64,000 nt of DNA from Heptranchias perlo (GCF_035084215.1 NC_090359.1:16492001-16556000), one strand, 5' to 3'. Counted from the first letter of the stretch, positions 34,154 to 47,852 are shown. Made by a program: numbers and translations. The notes: a model not told the origin generated them from the letters alone.

Positions 34154-37100
34154 TCAAATTAAAATTTTATTATCCTCGTCCAGGATGCACTCCAGCCCCT
34201 GCGGTGCCCACCGGCCGCGGAAAGCCTCGAGCGTACCGGCAGACACCGCGTGCTCCATCTCCAGGGCCACCCGGGCGCGGAGCATTCCGCGGAAGAGAGG
34301 CAGACAGGCCGAGCGACCGCCCCCACGGACCACGATCATCCTAGACCTGTGGATGGCCACCTTGGACAGGCCCAGGAGCAGGCCCACGAGAACGTCCACC
34401 GACCTGCCCGCCCCCCTCCTCACCGGGCGGCCAACGATCAGGAGCGTGGGACTGAAATGCAGCCAGAACTTGAGGAGCAGCCCCTTCAAATAATCAAACC
34501 GGGGCTGCAGTCTCCCACACCCCGTGAACAAATGAAACACGGACTCCTCCAGGCCGCAGAAATCACAAGCGGCCTGGGTGTCCGTGAAATGGCGTAACCG
34601 CCGGTTGCACGCGACTGCTCCGTGCGCCACCCTCCACCCCAGATCCCCGATGGAACACGGGAGGATCCCTGAGTAGAGAGCCCCCCACTGGGAACCCCCG
34701 TCTCCGCCGGACGGCAGGATGGTACGCCAGGGCGTGTCCGGCCGAGAGACGAGGGCGAGGAAGTGGATGGTGTGCAGGAGCAGCCCGTACAGGAAATCCC
34801 TCCGCGCGGTGTGAAACGGCACGGAGGGAATTTCCGAGAGACGGCTGAAGTTGTGAGGCGCGGCCCTCCGAGGGAGGTTCCGGGGTTTGGCGCCGAGGAG
34901 GAAGTCCGTCCGAACGGGGGTCAGGTCGGACGGGATGGCTCCGCACGACTGAGCCGCCTCCACATCCCGAGTGGAGTCAGGGCCGAGCGCCGATTTCAAC
35001 GCCCAGATGGCGATGGCCGCGTCACCGGCACGCCACGAGGACATCCGTGCGGCGAGCGCCCACGGCTCCAAACAACCCGACCCACCGCCATCCAGGACGT
35101 CCCTGACTCTGGTCACCCGACCGGCCACGGCCCTCCGCACCGACAGCCGCGAGTGGCCGAAGCCGATATCGCGGAGGAACGGATTCCCGAGCAGCGGCTC
35201 CTGCAGGACGGCCGCTACCCCTGACGGGCGAGAGCTCCGACCGGAGGCGACCATGTTCCAGACCCTGAGCAGATCCTGGTAAAAGACAGGCAGCTCCTGC
35301 AAAGACATGCGGCCGCCCACCAGCGAGATGAACAGGAGCTGCGTGTCGTAGTTCAGGCCGTGCACCTGGCGGAAAAAATACGTCGCCAGCGCACGCCATC
35401 TAAGAGGACGCTCAACGTACAGGTATCGCCGCAGCGTCCGAAGGCGGAAAGTTGCCACCTGGGTGCGGACGCACACCAGCCCCTGACCGCCCTCCCTAAG
35501 CGGGAGACTCAGGACCGCGGCAGCGACCCAGTGTATCCCTCTGGCCCAGAAGAAGTCGACAAACTTCTTCTGAATCTTGGCGACAAACTCGGGGGGTGGG
35601 GTCAAAGTGACCCATCTGTACCACAACATGGCGGCCACCAGCTGGTTTATGACCAGCACTCGACCCCTGTAGGATAACACTCGGAGCAGTCCTGTCCAGC
35701 GCGCCAGGCGAGCGGCGACCTTGGCCTCCAGCTCTTCCCAGTTCGCCGGCCAGGCTTCCTCGGCAGGGCCGAGGTAGATTCCCAGGTACCGGAGGTGCGT
35801 GGTACTCCAGGCGAAAGGCCTGAGCTCCTCCGGCAGGGAGTCCACCCGCCACTGACCCACCAGGAGTCCGGAACATTTCTCCCAGTTGATCCTTGCGGAA
35901 GACGCCGCAGAGTAGACCTCTTGGCACTCGCGCATCCTCCGCAAGTCAAGGGGATCGGTGACCACGAGGAGCACGTCGTCGGCGTAAGCCGAAAGGACGA
36001 CCTCCACGTCCGGCTCGCGCAGAGCCAGTCCCGACAACCTCTTGCGCAAGAGGCGCAGGAAAGGCTCCACGCAGACGGCGTATAATTGGCCGGACATGGG
36101 GCACCCCTGACGCACTCCTCTCCCGAAGCGAAGGGGCGCCGTCAAGGATCCGTTAACCTTAATCAGACACTCCGCGGCGGCGTACAGAAGTCGGATCCGG
36201 GCGACGAAATGCGACCCGAACCCGAAAGCGCGCAGAGTCCCGAATAGATACTCGTGATCCACCCTGTCGAACGCCTTCTCCTGATCTAAGGAAAGGAAGG
36301 GGACCGACAGACCAGCCCTCTGGGAATGGTGGATCAGGTCCCGGACCAGATGGATGTTATCGTGGATCTTCCGGCCCGGGACCGTGTAGGACTGGTCGGG
36401 GTGGATTATGTGGGCCAGCACGGTGCCCAGGCGAGCAGACATCGCCTTGGCAAAGACCTTATAATCCGTGCTGAGGAGGGAGACCGGGCGCCAGTTTTTA
36501 AGGTTGCGGAGATCCCCCTTCTTAGGCAGCAGGACCACGACCGCCCTGCGCCACGAAAGGGGCATCTCCCCGGTCGCCAGACATTCCCCCAGGACCCGCG
36601 CGTAGTCGCCCCCCAGGACGTCCCAGAAGGCCCTGAGGAACTCCACGGTCAGCCCGTCCAGCCCCGGGGATTTGCCCCTAGAGGGCTGGTGGAGGGCGCC
36701 CGTCAGCTCCGCCAAACTCAGCGGAGCGTCCAGACTGTCGGCGTCCTCCGGGCCGACCTTCGGCAGGTCCTCCCACAAAACTCTGCGCGCCTCCTCGCTG
36801 GACGGATCCGGAGAGAACAGAGCCTCGTAGTAAGATCGAGCCCGGGCCCTGACTCCCTCCGGGTCCGAGACGAGGGACCCGTCGTCGGCCAGCAGCGTAA
36901 GGAGCTGCTTACGAGCCCCCCGCCGCTTTTCCAGCGAGTAGAAGAAGGGAGAGCCGCGGTCCAGGTCCCGCAGGAGCTGGAGCCGCGACCTCACGTACGC
37001 TCCTCGGGACCCGACCAGTTGCAGGTCCCTCAGAGCGTCCTTCCTCTCCTCGTACACCTGCCGCAGGGCCGGATCCTCGGCGGCCTGACCGAGACGGGAC

Positions 37101-38060
37101 TCCAGGCCAAGCACCTCCTGCTCCAACCGCCTGACCTCGGACTCCCGCCTCTTAGTCGACCCCCTCGCGTACTCTTGACAGAAGAGGCGGACGTGAGCCT
37201 TGCCCACGTCCCACCATAGCCTCAAGGAGGAGAAGCCTCCCCGCTTCCCTCTCCAGTCGCTCCAGAACAGACGGAACGAGTCCCGGAACCGCGCGTCCTC
37301 CAGCAGCCGGTTGTTAAAGTGCCAGTACGCGGACCCCGACCGGGCGCGGAGCAGAGCGAGCTCCATCCACACCAGGTGGTGGTCCGAGCACCACACCGGC
37401 CGGATGGAGGCCGACGGGACGCAGGAGGCGTACGCCCGCGAAACGTACAGGCGGTCGATTCTGGTGCTCCCCCCTCCGGCCCTCACAAAGGTGAACTGGC
37501 TGGAGTCGGGATGGAGATTCCGCCAGACGTCCACCAAGTCGAAGGACCCGACCAGGTCCCTCAACTTCTCCGTCGCCGTTCGGGCACGCGCGGGACCGGA
37601 GCGGTCCCTCGCCTCGAGGGTACGGTTAAAATCCCCCCCCGAGGATAATGCACTCGCCGGCGTCGACGGAGTTCAGGTAAGTGGACACTTCTTCAAAGAA
37701 GCTCACTTGCTCGGCTCCGGACCAGGGGGCGTACACGTTCACCAGGTGAAGCGGCACGTCCCCGTGGCGAAGGGCTCCGTGGAGCAAGCGGCCCGGCACC
37801 GGCTCCTTGACCCCCAAGATCTCCGGCTGAAAAGTCGGGGCCAACAAGATGGCCACCCCACTCGAAACGCTGGCGAGGTGACTCAAGTAGACCCCCCCTC
37901 CCCATTCCAGGATCCACGTGGCCTCGTCTCCCGGAACGGTGTGGGTTTCCTGCAGAAAGCACACCGCATACTTCCCGTCCCGAAGGACCGAGAACTTGTC
38001 AAATCTACGGCGGGCGTCTCTGCCGCCGTTGATGTTGAGGCTGGCTATGGTTATCTCCAT
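34154..38060 (-). pseudogene. Tx1-A ORF2: APE endonuclease, reverse transcriptase and C-terminal zinc-binding domain; one +1 frameshift in a C-run at about 37635
   Basis: SLNING, LQETH, GGDFN and SDH (APE); LDQEKAFD, QGCPMS and YADD (RT); CDFC...ESVFH. The downstream part is the 1136-aa ORF 34154..37564. Confidence 0.93.
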
Positions 38061-38090
38061 GGCAAGAGCACAGCGCAACCTACCTAAAAA

Positions 38091-40140
38091 CTAATGCGCG
38101 GAGGGAGCGGGGCCGCTAGTCGACCTCCTCTCCCCCCAAGAGCCCGGTGAGGAGGGATCTGAGCCGGCGCAGACCGACCCCGCCGCCGTCCTCCTCCGCG
38201 GCCACGGACACGACGGCGGCCCGGACCGAGCGGATCAGATGCGCCGGCTCCGACCAACGGTCGAGGGCCCGCCGGGCGCCATTGCCATGATGGGTCCAAC
38301 CGGACACAAAATCCCGGAGTTCCTCAACGGGGATGAGGGGAGACTCGGTGCAGGGCACGAGGGCGTCCACCACCTCACTGGCGGCGAACTCTAAATCCTC
38401 CCCAGTGCCCACCACCGAGTCCCCGACCTCCTCCGGGCCATCGTCGCCCGCGGCCGACCCACTCCCCGCACAGGGTGCGGAGAACGGGATGGCCGCGCCG
38501 GCCGGCCCCAACTCTGTCACGATCCCACCCCCAGGATCGTCGGCAGAGGATTCCTCCCCGGGCTCTACCGGGGGGTCCGGGTCGGAGGGCGGCTCCGGGC
38601 GAGGACCCTCCCCAGCCTCCGAGCGGTGGTAAACGGGCACCCGGATATAATGGGAAACCGGGGAAACCGGGGAGAACATATATTCCAGCTCTCCAACCTC
38701 CCCCGGCTCCGCGCCCAGAGACTGGGAGAAGGGGGTCTCCCCACCCACACCGCCACCGACCGACCCGGCCCGTGACATTTTCGTGTTAAAACCCGCCACC
38801 AGGTCGAGCAGGTCCTGGGAGAGGTCGAGCCGAGGGCAGACGAATCCGGCCTCTTCGGCCTCGCCCGCTCCGGCACCCAGGACCCCCGACCCGGTGAACG
38901 GGAAGCTCGCGTCGGCGCACGAATCCGCGGCCCCCCCTTTCGGCAGGGTCTCTCCATCCCCCCCGGGAGGCACGGGCACGATCTCCTCCCCCCGAGAGGT
39001 GGATGACCCCCGCTGGCGGTGGGAAATGGAGGGTGGAGTCGCAGGATCCGCCGCCGGCGCCGACTCCGATTCCCTTTTCGCGGGGGGGCCGTCCCTTGGC
39101 AGGGTTCCCCTCCGCTTCCAGGGAGCGGCGCCTTTTCTGTTTTCCGGAGGGTGGCGGAGGGAGGGCGAGCCCCATGTCTGTTGGGCACCCCCCCTCCGCT
39201 CCCTCCTGAATACCCGCCAGCCCTGGCTCTGCCGCGACCGCGAGTTGCCGTTTGGCCGCGGTCACGACCTCGGGCTGGCTGGAAGGATTTCCAACCCGGG
39301 GACCAGCCTCCTGATGTTTACTCTTCTTCCGCGCCTTCTTCGGGCGAGGGTTCCCCCCCCACCCCCGGCGGAGGCCTCGTCGGCACCCTCCGCCCGCGCA
39401 GTGGACTCTCCCGACGCGGGGGCGGGTTTGGGGGGAGGAGCGGTGGCGGCGCCAGCCTCGGCCGCCGGAGCTGCTTTGGCGGCCTGGGAGGCGGGGCAGT
39501 TCTTCCTCAGGTGCCCCACCTCCTTACAGGCATGGCACCGCCCACCCTCTGCCGTCCAGAAGACGCGGTAGGCGGTCCCCTCGTGGAGGGCGTTAAAGCC
39601 CCCCTCCGTAACCTCCTCCCGCGCCAGCTTGATAAACGCCTGGCGACGGAAGGAGTAGACATGATGGAGGCTGGTGTCCCTGAGGCCGAGCGACAGCGGC
39701 GTTACCCCCGACCTCACCTCCCCCAGTTGACGCAGGTGAGGGAGGAGGAGCTCATCCGGCAGGAAGGGCGGGACGTTTGACAGCACCACCCGCTGCGCGG
39801 TGGCCTCCAGCGGGTCCACCGGCAGGAAAGTCCCGCCCACCGTGAGCCCCTTACTAAGGGCCAGGGACACCGCCCGCTCGGACCTCAGGAAGACTACAGC
39901 CTTCCCGTACACTTTCGAGGCCGCGACGATGGCCGAGGGGCCGACAACCTCGGCCATGGCCTTCACGCAGGCCTCAATCGTCATGCCGGGGTGGGCATAG
40001 GCTTTGACCCCGTGCTTCCTCGTCACGAGGCGGAATGGCGCCGGGCCAGCAGGAGTAGCACGAGCAGCGGGAGCAGCAGCCGCAGTAACGCCCGCATACG
40101 TCCTGCTGGGTCCCGGCACTGGCGAAGATGGTGTTGCCAT
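38091..40140 (-). pseudogene. Tx1-A ORF1 (nucleic-acid binding, CCHC zinc knuckle), frameshifted
   Basis: MATPSSPVPGPSRTYA...VVLSNVPPFLPDELL...CHACKEVGHLRKNC, split over ORFs 39262..40314, 38786..39265 and 38116..38979. Confidence 0.88.
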
Positions 40141-41039
40141 TCTCTTGTACGCCACGCCCACCCCAAATCTTAGGTCTTCCAGGTATTTTTCTTTTTTTTT
40201 GGTTGGACCAAAAGCCCAAGGAAACCTCCTCTCCCCAAAATGGTACTGATCTATTGGGAGAGGGGCTCCTTTTCTGGGGCGTTTTTTCTTTTTGTTTTTA
40301 AATGCGGAAACCACAAGAGAGAGAGGGAGGGATGTTCCTTAAAGAGGAAGGAGGGAGTCTGCAGGGGCGGGCCGCTGCAGAAATGTCTCTGGAGGGAAGG
40401 AACGTACACGTACACGGGTGGCCGATAACGTGGAGTCTTCCGGTGGGCAGGGGGAGGAGATGTCTTCCCCTAGACAGCCGGAGCTGACTCGGCTCAGTCC
40501 TCCACAGATGGCAAAAGTTTCTTCACCCAGGCAGCTCCAGCTGTCCCGGGCCAGACACTTGGGGGTGGAATCCCCTGTTGGAAAAAGATCTTCTTACCTC
40601 CCCCTACCTTCAGTCGGCCACCACGATCGCCGTCGACCTCCTCTTCCTGCTGTTTGAGGCTGACAGCAGCAGCAGCAGCAACAGCACACCCCTCGCAGCT
40701 GCCTGATATTTTTTTTTCGCCTCCTTCTTTCTTTCTCCCTCCTTCCCTCTCGATGGCTTTCCTCTCCTCTGTGCTCTGCACCTGCTTGCAGCACTTCCGC
40801 AGGGCCACACTCGATTGGCTGGCAAGTGGCTCGCCAATACCGACCGGCCCCAGCACTCTCCTCACAGGCCTCTCTCCGTGGGAGACGTGTGGATGTTGTC
40901 AGAGTCCGTGAGCCACGGACTCTGCTTCAGGCTGATTGGGACAGACAATTACTGCCAGTTAACAGCCCGCAGTTCGCACCGTCACTGATGTTGAGACCCA
41001 AAAGGTCAATCCTTTTTTTTTTCCAAAGAAACTTGTGAA

Positions 41040-41237
41040 ACAGGACAGTGGAAGTGATTGAAAAAAAAAGGATTCTAATGACATTGAGTTTTTTTTCTGA
41101 AAGACATCCAATCGCATCACAACAGCGACTCATTGAAATGGAATCAGGTGACTGCAGTGTATAAAAGGTGCTGGTTGGTGGGTAAAGGAATAGTTGAGTT
41201 GTTTGGTATCATGGGGGATTTTGTAGTGAGAGGTTAA
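41040..41237 (+). promoter_or_regulatory. Orphan ZP3 promoter, 5'UTR and first 8 codons in the palindrome spacer
   Basis: CCAAT 41108-41112, E-box CAGGTG 41145-41150, TATAAAA 41160-41166. 41167-41235 matches the reverse complement of 9704-9772 with 3 mismatches, including ATG GGG GAT TTT GTA GTG AGA GGT (MGDFVVRG), then stops at the Tx1-B junction. Confidence 0.88.
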
Positions 41238-41869
41238 TCACTGTGACACGAACAACTTGCTGAGAGCAGAGCAGAGCAGAGCACAGTCAGCCAGAGGAGA
41301 AGGAGACGAGAGGAACCATCAACAGGGAAGGAGGGAGAAGGAGAACACCATCACCATCAACATCAGCCGTGAGGGGTGTGCTGCTGCGGGTTCGGCCGTC
41401 AACACAGAGGGAGGAAGAGGAGGTCGGCGCCGTGAGGTGTGGACGGCTGGAGGTAGGGGGAGGAAGAAGACCATAAAAGGACAGGGGGTTTCCCCCCAAG
41501 TGTCTGGCCCGGGACGGCTGGAGCTGCCTGGGTGAAGTTACTTTTCTTTTGTTTCCATCCTTGGAGGACTGAGCCGAGGCAGCTTCGGCTGTCTAGGGGA
41601 AGACATCTCCTCCCCACTGCCCACCAGAAGGAAGAAGGTGCAGCCCCGCCCCTCTTCGACCCACTTCAGCGGCAGCCCACCCCTGCGGACTCTCTCCTTT
41701 CTTTGGGCGCCATCCCTCCCTCACTTGCTCTCCTGCTCTTGTGAGCTATACCTCTTAAGGCATAAACATCGGACAAAGGAGCCCCTCTCCCAAATTAATA
41801 TTGGCAGACGTGGGAGAGGCGGTTATCCCGACGTCCATTAAGGCCGTCTCCATCCATCGGCCTGAGACT

Positions 41870-43916
41870 ATGGCGTCACCATCTTCGCCGGTGCCGGGAC
41901 CCAGCAGGACGTATGCGGGAGTTGCCGCGGCGGCCGCTCCTGCTGTTTCTGCCGCTCCTGCTGGGCCGGCGCCGTTTCGCCTCTTGACGAGGAAGAATGG
42001 GGTCAAGGCCTACGCCCACCCCAACATGACCATTGAGGCCTGCGTGAAGGCCATGGCCGAGGTTGTCGGCCCCTCGGCCATCGTTGCGGCCTCCAAGGTC
42101 TACGGGAAGGCTGTTGTCTTTGAGGTCCGAGCGGGCGGTGTCCCTGGCCCTGAGCAAGGGGCTCACGGTGGGCGGGACTTTCCTGCCGGTGGACCCGCTG
42201 GAGGCCACCGCGCAGCGGGTTGTCATCTCCAACGTCCCGCCCTTCCTTCCGGATGAGCTCCTCCTCCCCCACCTGCGTCAACTGGGGGAGGTGAGGTCGG
42301 GGATAACGCCGCTGACGCTCGGCCTCAAGGATAACAGCCTCCGGCATGTTTACTCCTTCCGTCGCCAAGCCTTTATTACACTGGCACGGGAGGAGGTGAC
42401 GGAGGGGGGCTTTAACGCCCTCCATGACGGGACAGCCTACCGTGTCTTCTGGACGGCGGAGGGTGGGCGGTGCCATGCCTGTAAGGAGGTGGGGAACCTA
42501 AAGAAGAACTGCCCTGCCTCCCAGGCCGCCAAACAAGCTACGGCGGCCGAGGCTGGCGCCGCCACCGCTCCTCCCCCTAACCCCGCCCTCGCGTCGGGAG
42601 AGTCAACTGCGCGGGCGGAGGTTGCCGACGAGGCCTCCGCCGGGGGGGAAGGAGGGCACCCTCGGCCGCGAAAAGCGCTGAAGAAGACGAGGCACCAGGA
42701 GGCTGGTCCCCGGGACGTTAACGGGTCGAGCCAGCCCAAGGCCGTGGTCGTGACCGCGGCTGATCAACATCTCGCGGTCGCGACAGAACCCGGGCTGGCG
42801 GGTAGTCAGGAGGGAGCGGAGGTGGGGGCCCCAGCAGACATGGGGCTCCCCCTCCCTCCGCGACCCTCCGGCAAGAAGAAAAGGCGCCACTCCCTGGAAG
42901 CAGGGGGGAAACCTGCTGAGGGACGGCCCCCCGTGGATGGGGAGTTGGCGCCACTCGCGGATCCTGCGGCCCCACCCGCTACATCTAAACAGCGGCGGGG
43001 GTCTTCTGCCTCTCGGGGGGAGGAGATCGTGCCCGTGCCGCCCGGGGGGGATGGAGAGACCCTGCTGATAGGGGGGGTCGCGGATCCGCCCATAGACATA
43101 CGTACCCCGTTCACTGGGTCGGGCGGCCTGGGTGCCGGGGTGGGCGAGGCCGAAGAGGCCGGATTCGTCTGCCCTCGGCTCGACCTCTCCCAGGACCTGC
43201 TCGACCTGGTGGCGGGGTTTAATAAAAACATCTCACGGGCCGGGTCGGTCGGTGGCGACGTGGGTGGGGGGACCCCCTCCTCCCAGTATCTGGGCACGGA
43301 GCCGGGGGAGGTGGGAGAACTGGAGTATACGTTCTCCCCGGTTTCCCCGGTTTGCCCCTATATCCGGGTGCCTGTTTTTCACCGCCCGGAGGAGGGGGAG
43401 GGTCCCCGGCCGGCGCCACCCTCTGACGCGGACCCCCCGGTAGAGCCCGGGGGGGACTCCTCTGCCGACGATCCGGGGGGTGGGATCGTGACAGAGGCGG
43501 GGCCGGCCGGCACGGCCGTCTCGTTCTCCGCACCCTGTGCGGGGAGTGGGTCGGCCGCGGGCGACGATGACCCGGAGGAGGACGGGGACTCGGTGGTGGG
43601 CACTGGGGAGGATTTGGAGTTCGCCGCCAGTGAGGTGGTGGACGCCCTCGTGCCCGGCACCTAGTCTCCCCTCATCCCCGTTGAGGAGCTCCGGGATTTT
43701 GTGTCTGTTTGGAGCCATCGTCGCGATGACGTCCGGCTGGCCCTCGACCGTTGGTCGGAGCCGACGCAATTAATCCGCTCGGTCCGGGCCGCCGTCGCGT
43801 CCGTGGCCGCAGAGGAGGGCGGCGGCAGGGTCGGGTTGCGCCGGCTCAGGTTTCTCCTCACCGGGCTCTTGAGGGAGTGGCGGTCGACTAGCGGCCCCGC
43901 TCCCTCCGCGCATTAG
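41870..43916 (+). pseudogene. Tx1-B ORF1, disrupted (frameshift at about 42120, stop at 43662, zinc-knuckle H>N)
   Basis: MASPSSPVPGPSRTYA... continues in ORF 42063..43664 (CHACKEVGNLKKNC) and ORF 43701..43916. Confidence 0.88.
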
Positions 43917-43945
43917 GTTTAAGTAGGTTGCGCTGTGCTCTCGTC

Positions 43946-46900
43946 ATGGAGATCACCATAGCCAGCCTCAACATCAACGGCGGCAGAGACGCCCGCCGTA
44001 GATTTGACAAGTTCTCGGTCCTGCGGGACGGGAAGTATGCGGTGTGCTTTCTGCAGGAAACCCACACCGTTCCGGGAGACGAGGCCACGTGGATCCTGGA
44101 ATGGGGAGGGGGGGTCTACTTGAGTCACCTCGCCAGCGTTCCGAGCAGGGTGGCCATCTTGTTGGCCCCGACTTTTCAGCCGGAGATCTTGGGGGTCAAG
44201 GAGCCGGTGCCGGGCCGCTTGCTCCACGTAGCCCTTCGCCACGGGGACGTGCCGCCTCACCTGGTGAACGTGTACGCCCCCTGGTCCGGAGCCGAGCAAG
44301 TGAGCTTCTTTGAGGAAGTGTCCACTTACCTGAACTCCGTCGACGCCGGCGAGTGCATTATCCTCGGGGGGGATTTTAACCGTACCCTCGAGGCGAGGGA
44401 CCGCTCCGGTCCCGCGGATCGCCGGTCGGCGACGGGGAAGTTGAAGGACCTGGTCGGGTCCTTCGACTTGGTGGATGTCTGGCGGAATTTCCATCCCGAC
44501 TCCAGCCAGTTCACCTTTGTGAGGGCTGCAGGAGGGAGCACCAGAATCGACCGCCTGTACGTTTCGCGGGCGTACGTCTCCTGCGTCCTGTCGGCCTCCA
44601 TCCGGCCGGTGTCGTGCTCGGACCACCACCTGGTGTGGATGGAGCTCGCTCTGCTCCGCGCTCGGTCTGGGTCCGCGTACTGGCACTTTAACAACCGGCT
44701 GCTGGAGGACGCGCGGTTCCGGGACTCGTTCCGTCTGTTCTGGAGCGACTGGAGAGGGAAGCGGGGAGGCTTCTCCTCCTTGAGGCTATGGTGGGACGTG
44801 GGCAAGGCTCACGTCCGCCTCTTCTGTCAAGAGTACGCGAGGGGGTCGACTAAGAGGCGGGAGTCCGAGGTCAGGCGGTTGGAGCAGGAGGTGCTTGGCC
44901 TGGAGTCCCGTCTCGGTCAGGCCGCCGAGGATCCGGCCCTGCGGCAGGTGTACGAGGAGAGGAAGGACGCTCTGAGGGACCTGCAACTGGTCGGGTCCCG
45001 AGGAGCGTACGTGAGGTCGCGGCTCCAGCTCCTGCGGGACCTGGACCGCGGCTCTCCCTTCTTCTACTCGCTGGAAAAGCGGCGGGGGGCTCGTAAGCAG
45101 CTCCTTACGCTGCTGGCCGACGACGGGTCCCTCGTCTCGGACCCGGGGGGAGTCAGGGCCCGTGCTCGATCTTTCTACGAGGCTCTGTTCTCTCCGGATC
45201 CGTCCAGCGAGGAGGCGCGCAGAGTTTTGTGGGAGGACCTGCCGAAGGTCGGCCCGGAGGACGCCGACAGTATGGACGCTCCGCTGAGTTTGGCGGAGCT
45301 GACGGGCGCCCTCCACCAGCTCTCCAGGGGCAAATCCCCGGGGCTGGACGGGCTGACCGTGGAGTTCCTCAGGGCCTTCTGGGACGTCCTGGGGGGCGAC
45401 TACGCGCGGGTCCTGGGGGAATGTCTGGCGACCGGGGAGATGCCCCTTTCGTGGCGCAGGGCGGTCGTGGTCCTGCTGCCTAAGAAGGGGGATCTCCGCA
45501 ACCTTAAAAACTGGCGCCCGGTCTCCCTCCTCAGCACGGATTATAAGGTCTTTGCCAAGGCGATGTCTGCTCGCCTGGGCACCGTGCTGGCCCACATGAT
45601 CCACCCCGACCAGTCCTACACGGTTCCGGGCCGGAAGATCCACGATAACATCCACCTGGTCCGGGACCTGATCCACCATTCCCAGAGGGCTGGTCTGTCG
45701 GTCGCCTTCCTTTCCTTGGATCAGGAGAAGGCGTTCGACAGGGTGGATCACGAGTATCTATTCGGGACTCTGCGCGCTTTCGGGTTCGGGTCGCATTTCG
45801 TCGCCCGGATCCGACTTCTGTACACCGCCGCGGAGTGTCTGATTAAGGTTAACGGATCCTTGACGGCGCCCCTTCGCTTCGGGAGAGGAGTGCGTCAGGG
45901 GTGCCCCATGTCCGGCCAATTATACGCCGTCTGCGTAGAGCCTTTCCTGCGCCTCTTGCGCAAGAGGTTGTCGGGACTGGCTCTGCGCGAGCCGGACGTG
46001 GAGGTCGTCCTTTCGGCTTACGCCGACGACGTGCTCCTCGTGGTCACCGATCCCCTTGACTTGCGGAGGATGCGCGAGTGCCAAGAGGTCTACTCTGCGG
46101 CGTCTTCCGCAAGGATCAACTGGGAGAAATGTTCCGGACTCCTGGTGGGTCAGTGGCGGGTGGACTCCCTGCCGGAGGAGCTCAGGCCTTTCGCCTGGAG
46201 TACCACGCACCTCCGGTACCTGGGAGTCTACCTCAGCCCTGCCGAGGAAGCCTGGCCGGCGAACTGGGAAGAGCTGGAGGCCAAAGTCGCCGCTCGCCTG
46301 GCGCGCTGGACAGGACTGCTCCGAGTGTTATCCTACAGGGGTCGTGTGCTGGTCATAAACCAGCTGGTGGCCGCCATGTTGTGGTACCGGTTGATCACTT
46401 TGACCCCCCCCCCCTGAGTTTGTCGCCAAGATTCAGAAGAAGTTTGTTGACTTCTTCTGGGCCAAAGGGATGCACTGGGTCGCTGCCGCGGTCCTGAGTC
46501 TCCCATTTAGGGAGGGCGGTCAGGGGCTGGTGTGCGTCCGCACCCAGATGGCAACTTTCCGCCTTCGGTCGCTGCGGCGATACCTGTACGTTGAGCGTCT
46601 TCTTAGATGGCGTGCGCTGGCGACGTACTTTTTCCGCCAGGTGCACGGCCTGAACTACGACACGCAGCTCCTGTTCGTCTCGCTGCTGGGCGGCCGCACG
46701 TCTTTGCGGGAGCTGCCTGTCTTTTACCAGGATCTGCTCAGGGTCTGGAACATGGTCGCCTCCGGCCGGTGCTCTCGCCCGTCAGGGGTAGCGGCCGTCC
46801 TGCAGGAGCCGCTGCTCGGGAATCCGTTCCTCTGCGATGTTGGCTTCGGCCGCTCGCGGCTGGCGAAGCAGATGGCCGTGGCCGGTCGGGTAACCAGAGT

Positions 46901-47852
46901 CAGGGACGTCCTGGATGGCGGAGGGTCGGGTTGGCTCGAGCCATGGGCGCTTGCCGCACGGATGTCCTCGTGGCGTGCCGGGGACGCGGCCGCCGCCATC
47001 CGGGCGTTGAAATCGGCGCTCGGCCCTGACTCCACTCGGGGTGTGGAGGCGGCTCAAGCGTGCGGAGCCATCCCGTCCGACCTGACCCCCGTTCGGACAG
47101 AATTCCTCATCGGCGCCAGGCCCCGAAACCTCCCTCGGAGGGCTGCGCCTCACAACTTGAGTCGTCTCTCGGAAATTCCCTCCGTGCCGTTTCACACCGC
47201 GCGGAGGGATTTCCTGTACGGGCTGCTCCTGCACACTCTCCACTTCCTCGCCCTCGTCTCTCGCCCGGACACGCCCTGGCGTGCCATCCTGCCGTCCGGC
47301 GGAGACGGGGGTCCCCAGTGGGGGGCTCTCTACTCAGGGATCCTCCCGTGTTCCATCGGGGATCTGGGGTGGAGGGTGTTGCACGGAGCAGTGGCGTGCA
47401 ACAGGCGTTTACGCCATTTTACGGACTCCCAGGCCGCCTGCAATTTCTGCGGCCTGGAGGAGTCCGTGTTTCATTTGTGCACTGGGTGTGCGCGACTGCA
47501 GCCCCTGTTCGATTATTTGGAGGGGCTGCTCCTCAGGTTCTGGCTGCATTTCAGACCCACGCTCCTGATCTTTGGCCGCCCGGTGAGGAGGGGGGCGGGC
47601 AGGTCGGTGGACGTTCTCGTGGGCCTGCTCCTGGGCCTGTCCAAGGTGGCCATCCACAGGTCTAGGATGATCGTGGTCCGTGGGGGCGGTCGCTCGGCCT
47701 GTCTGCCTCTCTTCCGCGGGTTGCTCCGCGCCCGGGTGGCCCTGGAGATGGAGCACGCGGTGTCTGCCGGTACGCTCGAGGCTTTCCGCGGCCGGTGGGC
47801 ACCGCAGGGGCTGGAGTGCATCCTGGACGAGGAGAATAAAATTTTAATTTGA
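43946..47852 (+). pseudogene. Tx1-B ORF2 (APE, RT, zinc-binding domain); one +1 frameshift in the C11 run at 46404-46414
   Basis: ORFs 43928..46417 (829 aa, APE and RT with YADD) and 46470..47852 (460 aa) join if one C is removed. Confidence 0.93.

Larger units (their letters stand above)
34056..40800 (-). mobile_element. Near full-length Tx1 retrotransposon (Tx1-A)
   Basis: 5'UTR, ORF1 (ATG 40140 to 38091), ORF2 (ATG 38060 to 34154), 3'UTR hairpin and poly(A) at 34056-34075. The 5' boundary is approximate. Confidence 0.95.

Noticed and set aside
40663-40686. (CAG)n run as a coding polyQ/polyA tract
   Set aside because: It is a short microsatellite inside the Tx1-A 5'UTR.
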